From Octopus sinensis (taxonomy: Eukaryota): a DNA stretch of 64,000 bases. The notes below the pieces were generated by a model, which made no database searches, was not told the DNA's origin, and was given only the letters and a program-made list of their open reading frames with translations. A program made the translations under genes and the position numbers. The stretch is from assembly GCF_006345805.1 (NCBI RefSeq), contig NW_021834235.1, positions 1 to 64,000 of the forward strand, given 5' to 3'. Shown piece by piece: positions 25,656 through 38,990 of this stretch; the first letter of the stretch is position 1; each line of letters opens with the position of its first letter.

Positions 25656-26265
25656 TGTTGGAAACACGTTAAAACACGTACAAGTCCTTTCCCCAGTTCG
25701 TTAGCTTCACGCATTATACACACATTATACACGCATTAAACATGTATGCATGTATATAACGTATAAAGCGTTTTCTAACATAGGTACATGTCTGCAGAAT
25801 TTTGAGTGAAGAGGAACATGCGGGATTTGTTTTCTCACTGAATTTGAGGGAATTATGTCGATTCCTCTATTCCAGTTGTACTTATTTTATCGACCCCGGA
25901 AGAATGAAATACAAATTTGACCTTGACAGCATTAGAAATCAGAACGAAAAGAACCCTAAATAAGTATCAAATGGCATTTTCTTTGTCCTTCTAGCGATTC
26001 TGGCACACGCATGACTCGTCTTTCTAGACGGACACACCTAATTGGAAGTTAAATTTAGCGCTCCAATATTAAACGTATCCTCGTTACACCGTGACATTTC
26101 CTGCATTCCGTAGGCTGCTTCCCCACAAACCGCTACTGCCTAAATATTTGTACAACTACGCATGCACACACACGCACGCACACACACACACACACACACA
26201 CATTAGTTTAATACATACTTTAAAACAGTCTCTATCCATATCTATCTATCTATCTATCTATATCT

Positions 26266-26308
<43 letters not shown>

Positions 26309-26485
26309 CTTTCTCCCTGTATGTATATACATATATGTTTGTATGCACGTGTGTGTGAATACATATAAATAGGCGTAGAAATATATAAATACATACACAC
26401 ACACGTACATATATGCAAACATCCTCACGTACACACATCAATCCACCATCTACCTACCTACCAACCTACCTACCTTACTATCTAA

Positions 26486-26564
<79 letters not shown>

Positions 26565-27014
26565 AATGATAATCGATTAAGTAACCAGAAAATGGATTTG
26601 ATGTTATAAAGATTTATGCCAAATCCATCTTCTATCGTTATCTCAACTAACACTGAAGACTTTCTGAACTAGATCCAACGGAAATATACTCCAACTGCGG
26701 ATGACACCAGGTAGCCCGAACCGTACCAGTGCTTTACTCAACTCCTCCAAACTCTTATCGACACATACCCATTAGTTCAAAATATTACACACACACACAC
26801 ACACACACATACACACATTATTATTATCATCATCATCATCATCATCATCATTATTATTATTATTGTTGTTGTTGTTATTGTTGAGACGTTGCACACCAGC
26901 TGATCTCAGTACACACCCGTTAGTCGAGCTGGGAAACTTGTAATAGATCCATACTGCATACGATGATTTACTATAACATACATATATGCGCACATTACAT
27001 CAATATTGTGTCAA

Positions 27015-27250
27015 CGTGAACGTAAACACACCAACACCGGTTGTCAAGCGGTGGTGGGGGACATACACGGATACAAAGATACATACATGCACACACAGGT
27101 ATGTATACAACCTCCGTCCAACGAAATCCACTCACAAGGCTCTCGTTGGCCAAAGGCTACAGCAGAAGACACCTGCCAAGGTGCCGCGCAGCGGGACCGA
27201 ACCCAGAGCCAAGTGGTTGGGAAGCAAGCCTCTCACCACATAGCTACCTG
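27015..27250 (-). mobile_element. SINE family B
   Basis: Reverse complement of head and 3' part. Confidence 0.75.
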
Positions 27251-27582
27251 CGACTGGTTCAAATATTATAATTATTTCATTTAATTAGTAGATTTCAAAA
27301 ACTATAGTATTAAAACATAATTAGCGCTAATTAAATACTGTAGTTAAATTAATTAATGCCATTTAAATATTACAGTATTTAATTTAATTAGCACCGATGA
27401 ATTGCTGTAGTAGTTTACATGATTAACACTAATTAAACGCCGTATTAGTTAATTACTTTACGTATAGAGTTCAAAATCTCGCAGGTGGTCAAGTCACTCA
27501 GTATTCCACGGTTATTAAAACAAGTACCAGTAAAATACTTGGGTTAATTTAATCGATCATTGACTCCTTCCCAATACATAGT

Positions 27583-27700
27583 TCCGGGTTCAGTCCCACT
27601 GCGTGGTATCTTGGGCAAGTGTCTTCTACTATAGCCTTGGGCCGACCAAAGCCGTGCGAATGGATTTAATGAACGGAAACTGAAAGAAGCCCGTCTTATT
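27583..27700 (+). mobile_element. SINE family B, 5' part
   Basis: gttccgggttcagtcccactgcgtgg...gaaactgaaagaagcccgt. Confidence 0.8.
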
Positions 27701-28177
27701 ATATATATATATATATATTATATATATGTGTTGTGTGTGTGTTGTGTGTGTGTGTGTGTGTGTGGTGTGTGTTGTGTGTGTGTGTGTTGCGTGTGTGTGT
27801 GGTGTGTGTGTTTGTGTGTGTGTATATGTTTGTGTGTGTATGTTTGTCCTCCCATCATCCATAACCAATCGCTTTTTTTATAATTGGTCAGCAGGAGAGG
27901 GTTGTGCCCATGGCCCTTACACACCAACTGTCGTCTTGGACATATAATGACTTAAAAAGAAGTCGCGATGGGCATGACGAAAGCGCCTTTAATTACAGAT
28001 GTGCACAGCCAGAACAGACAAGAAACAACTACAAAAGGGCAACCTTAATTCTTCCTCCAAACCCTCATTCACTGCGTAACTATTGCACACACACACACAC
28101 ACACAGTATATATATATATAATGTCAACTGGTTATACATATATTTCCTGCCATTCATTCGTCATACACTCATTCATT

Positions 28178-28597
28178 AATATTGATTTCAAATCTTGGCA
28201 CAGGGCTAGCAATTTCGGCGGAAAGGGTAAGTCAATTACAATGGTCGACTGATTCCTATTTTATCGACCCCGAAAGGATGAAAAACAAAGTTGAACTCAG
28301 CGGAATTTGAACTCAAAAGGTGAAGACGGACGAAATACCTATTTCTTTACTACCCACAAGGGTCTAAACACAGAGAGGAAAAACAAGGACAGACAAACGG
28401 ATTAAGTCGATTATATCGACGCCAGTGCGTAACTGGTACTTATTTAATCGACCCCGAAAGGCTGAAAGGCAAAGTCGACCTCGGCGGAATTTGAACTCAG
28501 AACGCAACGGCAGACGACATACCGCTAAGCATTTCGCCCGGCGTGCTAACGTTTATGCCAGCTCGCTGCCTTAATAATAATAATAATAATAATAATA

Positions 28598-28628
<31 letters not shown>

Positions 28629-28832
28629 TGTTTCTTTATTGCCCACAGGGGACTAAACATAGAGGGGACAAACAAGGACAGCCAGAGTGATTAAGTCGAT
28701 TACATCGACTCCAGTGCGTAACTGGTACTTATTTAATCGACCCCCGAACGGCAGCTTCGGCGGAATTTGAACTCAGACGAAATACTGCTAAGCATTTCGC
28801 CCGGCGTGCTAACGATTCTGCCAGCTCGCCGT
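28178..28832 (-). mobile_element. Dimeric SINE family A (28178-28572) plus a second, internally deleted copy (28629-28832), separated by (TAA)n
   Basis: Reverse complement of the head-core-tail1-core-tail2 arrangement. Confidence 0.85.
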
Positions 28833-29287
28833 CTTATTACCAACTTGATTAATGAATGAACATATGGAGATTGCCGCGTAGTTAAATCTGTTGTGTTTGA
28901 CGGCAATACTTTCTTTTTATAGGCATCCATTGTAAGCAAACATGCTTATCGTTTACTATACATACATTCTTTTATACTGACATGTGTACAGTCTTTCGTC
29001 TACAGTTGTGTATAAGGACGATATGTTGTGTAATGAGAGTAATACTGATGAGAGTGGGGGAGAGAGAGAAAGAGTAAGAGAAGAATAAAGGGAGAGTGAG
29101 GGCGAGAGAGAAAGAGTGAGGGAAAAAGAAAGAGGGCTAGAGAGAGAAACAGAAACAAACAAATCAGTTACCGAGAAACATTTCACGCACGCACACGCAC
29201 GCATGTAAATATACAAATACACACAGACATAGATGTGTGTGTGTGTGTGCGTATGTGTGTGTGTGTGGGTGTGTTTGTGTGTGTGTG

Positions 29288-29318
<31 letters not shown>

Positions 29319-29513
29319 AGTGTGTGTGGGTGTGTACGTGTGAATTTCTAAAGGGAAATGTGGCCCAGCGTAGTGACAGAGGAATTTACGGGATTAAACG
29401 CATCTATTTATGTATGCACAGACAGACAGACAGACACATACACACACACACACACACACACGCACACACACATATACACACACACACACGTACGCATGCA
29501 CATAAAGTGAAGT

Positions 29514-29550
<37 letters not shown>

Positions 29551-29608
29551 GTATATACACACACACATGTTCATATATATATATGTACGTATGTATGCAT
29601 GAAAAGTT

Positions 29609-29648
<40 letters not shown>

Positions 29649-29894
29649 TAGGGTTCAGCAAAGATTTGCTTTACCGCATACCGAAATTTGGAAATAGCAG
29701 CCAAAGAACCTTAGCTATTTCCTCTACTTTAAGAAGAGACTCCCGGAAAAAACATTACCGAGAAATGGCCCTTTTCATGCCGAATTCTACTCGGTGAAAT
29801 TATTGATTACTAGTTATTAGTTAATTTTACCCTTTGTTATTATATATATATAATATTATATCTATATATATATATATATATATATATACTGTGT

Positions 29895-30095
29895 GTCTGT
29901 GTTTGCGTTTGCCCCCCATCACTGTTTATAACCATTGTTGGTTTATTTAGAAATCTTAGCTCTTCAGCAAAAGCGACCGAAAGAAGAACCACGCTTAAGA
30001 AAAAGTTAGCTTTGGGGATAATTCATTCGATTAAAACCTATCAAGGCAGCACCCCAGCATGGCCGCACTCTAATGACTGAAACATGTAAAAGATA
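29895..30095 (+). mobile_element. SINE family B, 3' part, diverged
   Basis: cagcatggccgcactctaatgactgaaaca terminus. Confidence 0.7.
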
Positions 30096-30518
30096 TATAT
30101 ATATATATATATAATATAAATACGGTTACGTACAGGTATATTCGCCCCTTGAATGAACAGCATTGTGATTACTACCTTCCATTCTCTCCTATCAGCTGAT
30201 ATGTTCTGTTATCTAATATAATCAGCTGAAAAACTTGGATTTTGATTTTAAAACTTCGCAAGCTTTTTACTGATTTCACCGGCGGCAGACGACTGGATTA
30301 GTTCTCACATCTCACAGAGCTGAAAGACATGGTGTTGGGCCGCGCTTTCGACCATGTAACCTCTCATCAATCCAAAGCTTTGACTGGTTCTTCTCTACTT
30401 GCGGACCCAGAAAGAATGAAAAGCAATGATGACCTGGGCTAGATTCGATTCGGGACGCAGAATAGTCGGAAGAAATACAGTAAACCAAACATTCTTTATG
30501 ACACTTAACTGTTCTGAC

Positions 30519-30563
<45 letters not shown>

Positions 30564-30578
30564 ACATCTGTATGTTTG

Positions 30579-30621
<43 letters not shown>

Positions 30622-30882
30622 GTATGTATGTATGTATGTTTGTATGCATATGTGCACTCACTTACATACACCTGCAAATCCGAAAGTGTATCGGGAAAAG
30701 CAAAAGAATTTTTGTGAGGGAAAAGAAGTGGTTGAGAGAGTAGAAAAGGAAGGAAGCTTGAGTGTGTGAAAGCGCGTGTGTGTTTATGTGGCCGCAAATG
30801 TGTGTATGTGTTGTAAGTGTATATTTGAACGCTTGTTAACGCCTGTGTGTGCGTGTGTGAATGTTTGTTTATGTGTGTGACT

Positions 30883-30914
<32 letters not shown>

Positions 30915-31807
30915 AATTGAGAAGAACCTCATAATTCGTGAAAGAAAGAGAGAGAAAGAATTGGCGAAAGAAAGACAAGGAAAGACAGAATTTGTGAAAG
31001 ACAGAGAGAATAAGTGTCAGAAAGAGAGAGGGAGAAAGAATTAGCGAAAGAAACGGAGAACGGATGAAAGAATTAGTGAAGGAAAGATAGTGAGAGAATC
31101 AGTGAAAGAGAAAGAGGAAGAAAGTACGTGTGGTTATATTTTGTCAACAACTGGATGAAGCAGACGACTGCAATACGATATGGTGGACAGTGACAATTTC
31201 TTTAATTGAAATAAATGGTTTTATGAAAACTAAACATCAACTAAAACATATGGTGAAGTTTAATCCGTAAAATTTGATGAAAATATTTACAAAAATATGT
31301 GATACTTTAAATGATAGAAATTGTTTGTGCTATCGAAGCGTAAGACCAATATTATAGGGAAAGCTCTATAGACTACAGAATATATATCTATACTTTCCGG
31401 TGTCCGTAAATGGATGAAAAGGAAGATTGACTCTTGTCCGGATTTGAATTCAGTGTTGGGACCGATGTAAAGAATAAGCATTGCTTTATTTGCCTTCTGG
31501 ACACATAAAAACTAACATTATAATAGGAATGTATTTTCTTATCTTTATACAATGCATAACTATACAAACAGTACATAAATGTACACACATTTTATATAAA
31601 TATTTCTGTAGTTATGTAAAGATCACGTTTGTGAGATGTCCGTATAGAATGTATGAATATTATTTTAAAGTATTTAGAATAATCATAATGTAAATAGCTG
31701 CAGTAAAGTAAAATGACTTCGAAAGTCGACGAAAGGATCATGCAAAAGTCTAACTCAATTGCATTAGGTTAAAGAATAAATTGAAGAATTTGGTAAATGA
31801 AACTCAC

Positions 31808-31823
31808 CTTTAGAAAGGCCCAT
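31808..31823 (-). CDS. Candidate first coding exon (M-G-L-S-K plus 1 nt, phase 1) of an unidentified gene
   Basis: Minus strand reads aaccaaaATGGGCCTTTCTAAAG|GTGAGT: ideal invertebrate Kozak context and consensus donor, downstream of an A-rich unique leader and promoter-like motifs. No downstream exon confirmed. Confidence 0.4.
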
Positions 31824-32439
31824 TTTGGTTAATTATTTTTAGTAGGATTTTTAGAAGTTATTTCCGTAAAATTGTACAATTATACACTCCGCTTAGCATC
31901 CGAGTACATATTTATGGCTGTCGTTTAGATGTTACTTTTTTAAATTATTTAAGCTTCGGCCACATTCTCAAGTCAACGGATTTTAGATAAATATATAAGA
32001 AGTAAAAAATATTTGCCTTTTATAAAATTTTATTAATTTTTTTGTTATTTTGTTATTTTTTACTTTTTGATTTGGTTTTTTGATTTTGTGTTTTGTATTC
32101 TTTTTTGTAAATAAATAAATAATTTTCTTCTAAGATCACAATGTTTCCTTGCCTGTCTTTTTTTTTTTTTTTCCTCCTTCACCACTTGTAGCTTCTTCTT
32201 CAAGCAATCATCGGCAACTTGTTTGTTATGGACGTAGAGTCATGTTGTCACATTTATTTATTATAGTTTTTACACATTTCGGCGTGTCTCTACCATTTAC
32301 AGAATGCATGCAATATGTGTGTAGTTGCAGCAGCAGCAGCAGCGATTCTTTTAATTTCTACAAAAAAAAGATTCAATGATATCGAGCTATTTAGCTTTCG
32401 CTGCTCTTCTACTTAAACATCTTTCTTTCTGTCTCTCTC

Positions 32440-32560
32440 TCTCTCTCTTTCTCTCTATCGTCTGCCTTTATATCGTCGCTTGATGTTTTAACTTGGCGGC
32501 AGGGCAGGCTGCATGCAATTGGTGAAGGCGACGGAGGAGCAGCAGGCGAGGAGTTTTAAC
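32440..32560 (-). promoter_or_regulatory. Candidate Pol II promoter (CCAAT box, GC-rich stretch, TATA box)
   Basis: Minus-strand CCAAT at 32518-32522 and TATAAA at 32467-32472, in repeat-free GC-rich sequence and oriented toward the ATG at 31823. Confidence 0.4.
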
Positions 32561-32922
32561 ACCACCTCAACCACTACTTCTCATTTACTTTCCCTTCTTT
32601 ACTCTCACCCTTTCTTTATACTTCTCCCTTCTCTCTCCCTCTCTCTCTGTCATTTTCTCTTTCTCCTGTTCTCTATATTATACCTTCCTCCTACCCCCAC
32701 CAGATTCTGCCTGCTCTTCCTTCTCCTCCTCTTCCTCCTCTTTCCTCACCTCCTCCTCCACCTCCTCCACAATGTCCTGTATCTGTCTCTGTCTCTTTTC
32801 TGTCCCACCCTTTCTCTCTACTGCTGTCGTTTTTTTCTTTATTACCTTCTCTTCCCACACCTCTTTCATCCATTTCTCTACATTTTCTTGTCTTTTTTAT
32901 TTTGTCCTCTCACCCCATAACA

Positions 32923-33019
<97 letters not shown>

Positions 33020-33599
33020 ATCTATTTCTCTATCTACTTCTCCCTCTCTTTCCCGCCTTACTGTTTTTCCTCTCTTTATTCTCCCATCCCACCTTTTAAC
33101 ATTACTACTTCACCCCTCCCAATCATTCTTCCCTCCTGTTCCCTCTGCTCTATCTCACAAACCGTACTTCATCTTTCGCTGCCCACTCAACTTCAAACTT
33201 TTATTCCCCCTCCCTCTCCTCTCTCTCTCTCTCTCTCACTCGCTCTCTTTCTCTCTCACAATCCTAGATACGTTTGAAGTTGTCAGCAGACTGGTTTGTA
33301 TGTAAGGGCGTGAAAGTGTCTACAGACACATCATATTGAATGATGAGAGACTATGGAAATTTTACGTGAGAGAAACTTTCACAGGAAGAGAAAGAAAGTG
33401 TGAATCAAAACGAGAAAAGTGTGAGAGGGAGAGAAGAGAGAGAGAGGAGAGAGGAGAGAGGAGTGAGAGGAAGAGAGAAAGAGTCAAAGGAAACAAGAGA
33501 GAGAGGAAAAGAGAGATTTACAGAAAGATGCAAGCAAAATGCGGTGGTTAACGTAGGTAAGATGAAGGGTTGAGAAATAATCGTACACATGCATATAAT

Positions 33600-33684
33600 C
33601 ACACATTCTGACATATACAGTAGCATCTACACCATTATACATATGCGTACATGTGTGTGTGTGCATGTGAGTGTGTGTGTGTGT

Positions 33685-33776
<92 letters not shown>

Positions 33777-33983
33777 AGGTGCATATATAAACATCATTCC
33801 GGGTAGCGTGTGTTGGTATGCGTTAGCAAAGGCGCGCACGCGTTGGTATGCATGTGAGATCGTCTGTAAAAAGGGTGGAGATAAAGTGAATGAGGAAACA
33901 GATGTGTACGCCTATGTATATATGTATATGTATATATGTATTATATATAATATATATATATATATATAATATATATCTATATA

Positions 33984-34016
<33 letters not shown>

Positions 34017-34150
34017 AATACACGCACATATATTATACATACACGTGCGTACATATGTATATACATGCGCTGTATGTATGTATGTGTGTGTGTGTTTGTA
34101 TGTATGTGTGTGTATGTATATATGTGTGTATGTATGTATGTGTGTGTGTG
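33600..34150. repeat. Compound (TG)n/(TA)n/(TATG)n microsatellite region
   Basis: Directly visible. Confidence 0.9.
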
Positions 34151-34472
34151 TTTGTATGTATGCCATACGAGTTTGGCACACTCCGCACAACTCCACGTCA
34201 GACACCGGTAACTGTTGGTTGCGGCATTCATTGATGAAGTTCAATCTAAGAACGAGAGGAAGAAAGCAATTTCTTTTTGCTTTCTTTGTAAGATACAACT
34301 TTAAATATATTCGCGCCATCTATCTATCGATCGATCGATCTATCTAAATAAATAAACAAGAATCTATCTACCGATTTAACTATTAATCTATCAGCCTATC
34401 AAGCTATTTATCTACCTATCTAACCTATCTATTTATCCGCCAATACATCTACTTAACTCTTTATGCATTATC

Positions 34473-34558
<86 letters not shown>

Positions 34559-34559
<1 letters not shown>

Positions 34560-34783
34560 GAGCTGGCAGAACCGTTAGCACGCCGAGCGAAATGTGTAGC
34601 CGTATTTCGTCTGCCATTACGTTCTGAGTTCAAATTCCGCCGAGGTCGACTTTGCCTTTCATCTTTTCGGGGTCGATAAATTAAGTACCAGTTACGCACT
34701 GGTGTCGATTTAATCGACTTAATTCGTTTGTCTGCCCTTGTTTGTCCCCTCTATGTTTAGGCCCTTGCAGGTAATAAAGAAAC
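34559..34783 (+). mobile_element. SINE family A
   Basis: Near-consensus copy inserted in (CTAT)n. Confidence 0.9.
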
Positions 34784-35102
34784 ATATCTATCTATCTATC
34801 TGTCCGTCTGTGTGCATGTTTGTCTATTAATATAGCCATTATGCTACCGAATGTATTTGCATTCTGATATATACGCGTGTATGTTGTTATAACCGTCCGC
34901 AAGCGATCGTGTGCGAATGAAGCATACCCATTGATATAAACACACACACACACACAAACACACCCATATATTATATTCGTGCTTCTGTGTTTGTATGCGT
35001 GTGTGTGCACGCATGTGTAATTTCTCCCCGCTGACACTCAAACCCCGTTCTCTGTATGTGGGTATGCGTATCATGCTTCAATATGATTGTGTGTGCGTGC
35101 GT

Positions 35103-35143
<41 letters not shown>

Positions 35144-35153
35144 GTGTGTGCGT

Positions 35154-35215
<62 letters not shown>

Positions 35216-35860
35216 CTGTGATTCCTGTGAGTGTGTTTGGTTATCTAACAAGTAGCGTGTATTGCAAAAGATGTGTGTCTATCAGCAGAGCGAATGTCGG
35301 CTGCTTACAGATCGTACACGTGTTTTTAAAACAGTGATACACAGTTATTTAATACCAGAAATGATATTCTTAAGTGACTTTTTTCTGCCTTCTCCTGGGG
35401 AGTAAATGTAACTGAAGATATTTGGAGGAGGGATAAAGAACTTTGAGCGACCGACATGAACTCGAATTGCCCCAACCGGAAATCACAGGCTTCATACATG
35501 TTCCGATTCTCAGGAACTTGCGATTTACTTCACTGCCATTGTTCTCTGTCTTGCAAAGCATACCTTGAACACTTCGACCCACACGTTCACGTTACTATTT
35601 CAACTTGCCGACAAGGATGAATAGGATGATAATGATGATGATGATGATGTGGGTGCGTAAGTACGTAATGTATGTATGTATGTATATATGTATGCATTAT
35701 GTATGTATGTATGTATGTATGTATGTATGTATGTATGTATGTATGTATGTATGTATGTATGTATGTATGTATGTATGTGTGTATGTTTGTTTAAGTTTGT
35801 TTACGGGAAACGTTTTGAATATGCATATAAAAGCTCCTATTTAACTATGCCGGCTACAGC

Positions 35861-35893
<33 letters not shown>

Positions 35894-35896
<3 letters not shown>

Positions 35897-36275
35897 CGCA
35901 GGAGTGGCTGTGTGGTAAGTAGCTTGCTTCCCAACCACATGGTTCCGGGTTCAGTCCCACTGTGTGGCACCTTGGGCAAGTGTCTTCTACTTTAGCCTTG
36001 GGCCAACCATAGCCTCGTGAGTGGATTCGGTAGACGGAAACTGAAAGAAGCCCGTCGTATATAGATATGTATGTGGGTGTATATGTTTGTGTCTGTGTTT
36101 GTCCCTCCCAATATCGAATGACAACCGATGCTAGTGTGTTTATGTCCCTGTAACTTAGCTGTTCGACAAAACAGGCCGATAGAATAAGTTCTAGGCTTAC
36201 AAAGAATAAGTCCTGGGGTCGATGTGCTCGACTAAAGGCGATGCTCCAGCATGGCCTCAGTCATTTTGACAAGTA
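35894..36275 (+). mobile_element. SINE family B, full length
   Basis: tRNA-like head, ccttgggcaagtgtcttctact core, internal repeat and 3' end ...aagtaaaaga. Confidence 0.9.
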
Positions 36276-36281
36276 AAAGAA

Positions 36282-36580
36282 TATATGACCATGGGATTGC
36301 ACCCACAAAGTTACCCTCCAAGGCACAAGTCCGGGCAAGGCCAGCAGTCGCCCATGCATACCAGCCTCCCCTCTCCATGTCACTGATTTTATCCAAGGGA
36401 AAGGCAAAGGCCGATACAGCTTGGCACCAGTGACGTCGCAACTCATTTCTACAGCTGAGTGAATTGGAGCAACGTGAAATAAAGTGTCTTGCTCAAGAAC
36501 ACAACATGCAGCCCGGTCCGGGATTCAAACTCACAACCTCGCGATCGTAAGCTCAACAAATCACTGATCCATGCGCCTTC
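36282..36580 (-). mobile_element. SINE family D
   Basis: Reverse complement of 23747-24065. Confidence 0.85.
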
Positions 36581-36596
36581 GCATACACACACACAC

Positions 36597-36636
<40 letters not shown>

Positions 36637-36956
36637 ATATATATATATTACATATATTACAAATATATATTATATATATATATATATATAGATTTTCACA
36701 GTAACCACAGTCACTGGCGTAGAAAATCTGTTCGAAAACAATAATAAATCTCTGGGCGAGATATAAACAGTAACTGCTCTATAACATAAGAGGGATCAGC
36801 CATCTGAATGTGGCTAGGGTCAGGGCGGGGTGGTGGGGGTGTTACTGATGCATTTAGCCCCAGGCGAACATCGACGTCACCAGAAGAGCTGACACCATCT
36901 CGGTGTCCTTGCCAGCCAGCAAAGGGAGATCAGCCTCCCCGAAGATACAGATACTA

Positions 36957-36999
36957 CACACGGACCGGTTTCGAGGTTATTGCCTCTTATCAACGTATG
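36957..36999 (-). ncRNA. Minimal type-I hammerhead motif with U3-A8 core pair
   Basis: catacg-TTGATAA-GAGG-caataa-CCTC-GAAA-CCG-GTC-cgtgtg: 6-bp helix I, 4-bp helix II, palindromic ACCGGT helix III, GUC cleavage triplet. Confidence 0.7.
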
Positions 37000-37304
37000 G
37001 TAAGCACCGCTCTTCGTTGAGGGACTTCCTCTACCGGCTGAGAGAGAGAGAGAGGAAGAAAGAGGGGAGAAAAATTACAGACGGACAGAAAGACACTCAG
37101 ACAGACAGATAGATCGATCGGTAGGTAGGCAGCTAATTAGGTTAATGCACGTTCGTTTATGCTTGATGAATGAGAGGGGAGTACTCAAAACAAACGAGGT
37201 TTCTTATTAAAACTGAAACGGAGTTTCACGATATTGCGATCTTCAGACGGAAGTCGCCAGAACAACGCAGTAGCGTGAAAGTTGAGTCCCGAGATAAACT
37301 TTCT

Positions 37305-37519
37305 ACTCATATGTTTCAGTCATTTGACTGTGGCCATGCTGGAGTACCACCTTTAGTCGAACCCAGGACTTATTCTTTGTAAGCCTAATAGTTATGCTAT
37401 CGGTGTTTGTGCCGGTCCGCTAAGTTACGGGGACGTAAGCATACCAACATCGGTTGTCAAGCGATGGTGGGAGGACAAACACAGAAACACAAATACACAC
37501 ACATATATATATATATACG

Positions 37520-37557
<38 letters not shown>

Positions 37558-37862
37558 GCTCTCTATCTATCTATCTATATATATATATATATAAAAGGCG
37601 GCGAGCTGGCAGAAACGTTAGCAAGCCGGGCGAAATGCGTAGCCGTATTTCGTCTGCCGTTACGTTCTGAGTTCAAATTCCGCCGGGGTAGACTTTGCCT
37701 TTCATCCTTTCGGGGTCGATAAATTAAGTACCAGTTACACACTGGGGTCGATGTAATCGACTTAATCCGTTTGTCTGTCCTTGTTTGTCCACTCTGTGTT
37801 TAGCCCCTTGTGGATAGTAAAGAAATATATATATATATATATATAATATATATATAATATAT

Positions 37863-37896
<34 letters not shown>

Positions 37897-38075
37897 ATAT
37901 ATATATGTATATATATATACATATATATATACACGACGAGCTTCTTTCAGTTTCCGTCTACCAAATCCACTTACAAGGCTTTGGTCGAGACGAGGCTGTA
38001 GTAGAAGACACTTGCCCAAGGTGCCACGCAGTGGGACTGAACCCAGAACCATGTGGTTGGGAAGCAAGCTTCTTT
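37305..38075 (-). mobile_element. SINE family B split by a nested family A insertion
   Basis: B 3' part at 37305-37500 and B head at 37930-38075, with the A copy inside the internal microsatellite. Confidence 0.85.
37595..37825 (+). mobile_element. SINE family A (nested)
   Basis: Near-consensus copy. Confidence 0.9.
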
Positions 38076-38319
38076 ATTTCATATAGATTTGCCATACAGG
38101 CATTACAGAGAGGGGACAAACAAAGTCAGACAAACATAAAGGGTGAAGAAGCTTTTACGTTTTAAAAATGTCAAATCAATCCGATGAAAAAATGAATCGA
38201 TGAAATATGCCTTAAAAGTTCTAAATTTCGAATAAGTCATTGTGTTTCGCAATGAGGAGCATTGAAAGAAAAGCACCCAACAATCTCGTTAGAACCTTTA
38301 CTTTTTAACCCGACCTCAC

Positions 38320-38990
38320 TTACCTGGTGCCAATCGCACCCAGCTTGCTCACCACAGGCTTCCATCTTTTCACAAACATATCTCGTGACAGACATTTCTT
38401 CTCCAGCCTGATCTTACTACCGAGGTGGTAACTAAAAATGCGAGCTGCCAGAAACGTTAGGACGCCGGGCGAAATGCTTAGCCGTATTTCGTCTGCCGCT
38501 ATGTTCTGAGTTCAAATTCCGCCGAAATCGACTTTGCCTTTCATCCTTTCGGGGTCGATAAATTAAGTACCAGTTATGCACTGGGGTCCATATAATCGAC
38601 TTAATCCGTTTGTCTGTCCTTGTTTGCCGTCTCTGTGTTTAGCCCCTTGTGAGCAGTAGAGAAATAGGTAACTAAAAATGTTAATCAACCTGTGGCCAGA
38701 GACAAAGATACCTGTCACTATAACTTTCACACGCGTCTTCCATACTGTTTTTTTCAGTATGGCTGCTACGCAGAGAAAACAAGCCTTCCTTTCCCTGTTT
38801 AGGAAAGGAGGTGGCACAATCTCGTTGACAGACTCAGCTGATAGCTCTACTCTTGCCATCTTGTCGTTCTTAAGCTGGTGTTTGGAGCACAAATTAACAA
38901 GAAATCTCGGTGGAAATGCTACAATGTAGGTTGCTTTAAAAACGGAAGTTTGTATCATAGGAACCAGGCACGGTCTCAGGTAATCTAGTA
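38320..38990 (-). mobile_element. Tx1/L1-like LINE ORF2 3' end, interrupted by a SINE
   Basis: With the SINE removed, the frame reads ...ELSAESVNEIVPPPFLNRERKACFLCVAAILKKTVWKTRVK...SGHRLINIFSYHLGSKIRLEKKCLSRDMFVKRWKPVVSKLGAIGTR*. Clade assigned from remembered similarity to Tx1-like C-termini. Confidence 0.65.
38441..38666 (+). mobile_element. SINE family A with 14-bp target-site duplication
   Basis: ggtaactaaaaatg at 38427-38440 and 38667-38680. Confidence 0.95.

Noticed and set aside
30319-30365. miR-71-like sequence (TGAAAGACATGG)
   Set aside because: Only 12 nt match the mature miRNA as I recall it, the 3' half differs, and the hairpin is weak.
27950-31190. Alternative exon-2 candidates for the MGLSK exon (near 28035, 30220 and 31170)
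   Set aside because: Each hits an early stop in phase 1 or has only a weak donor.
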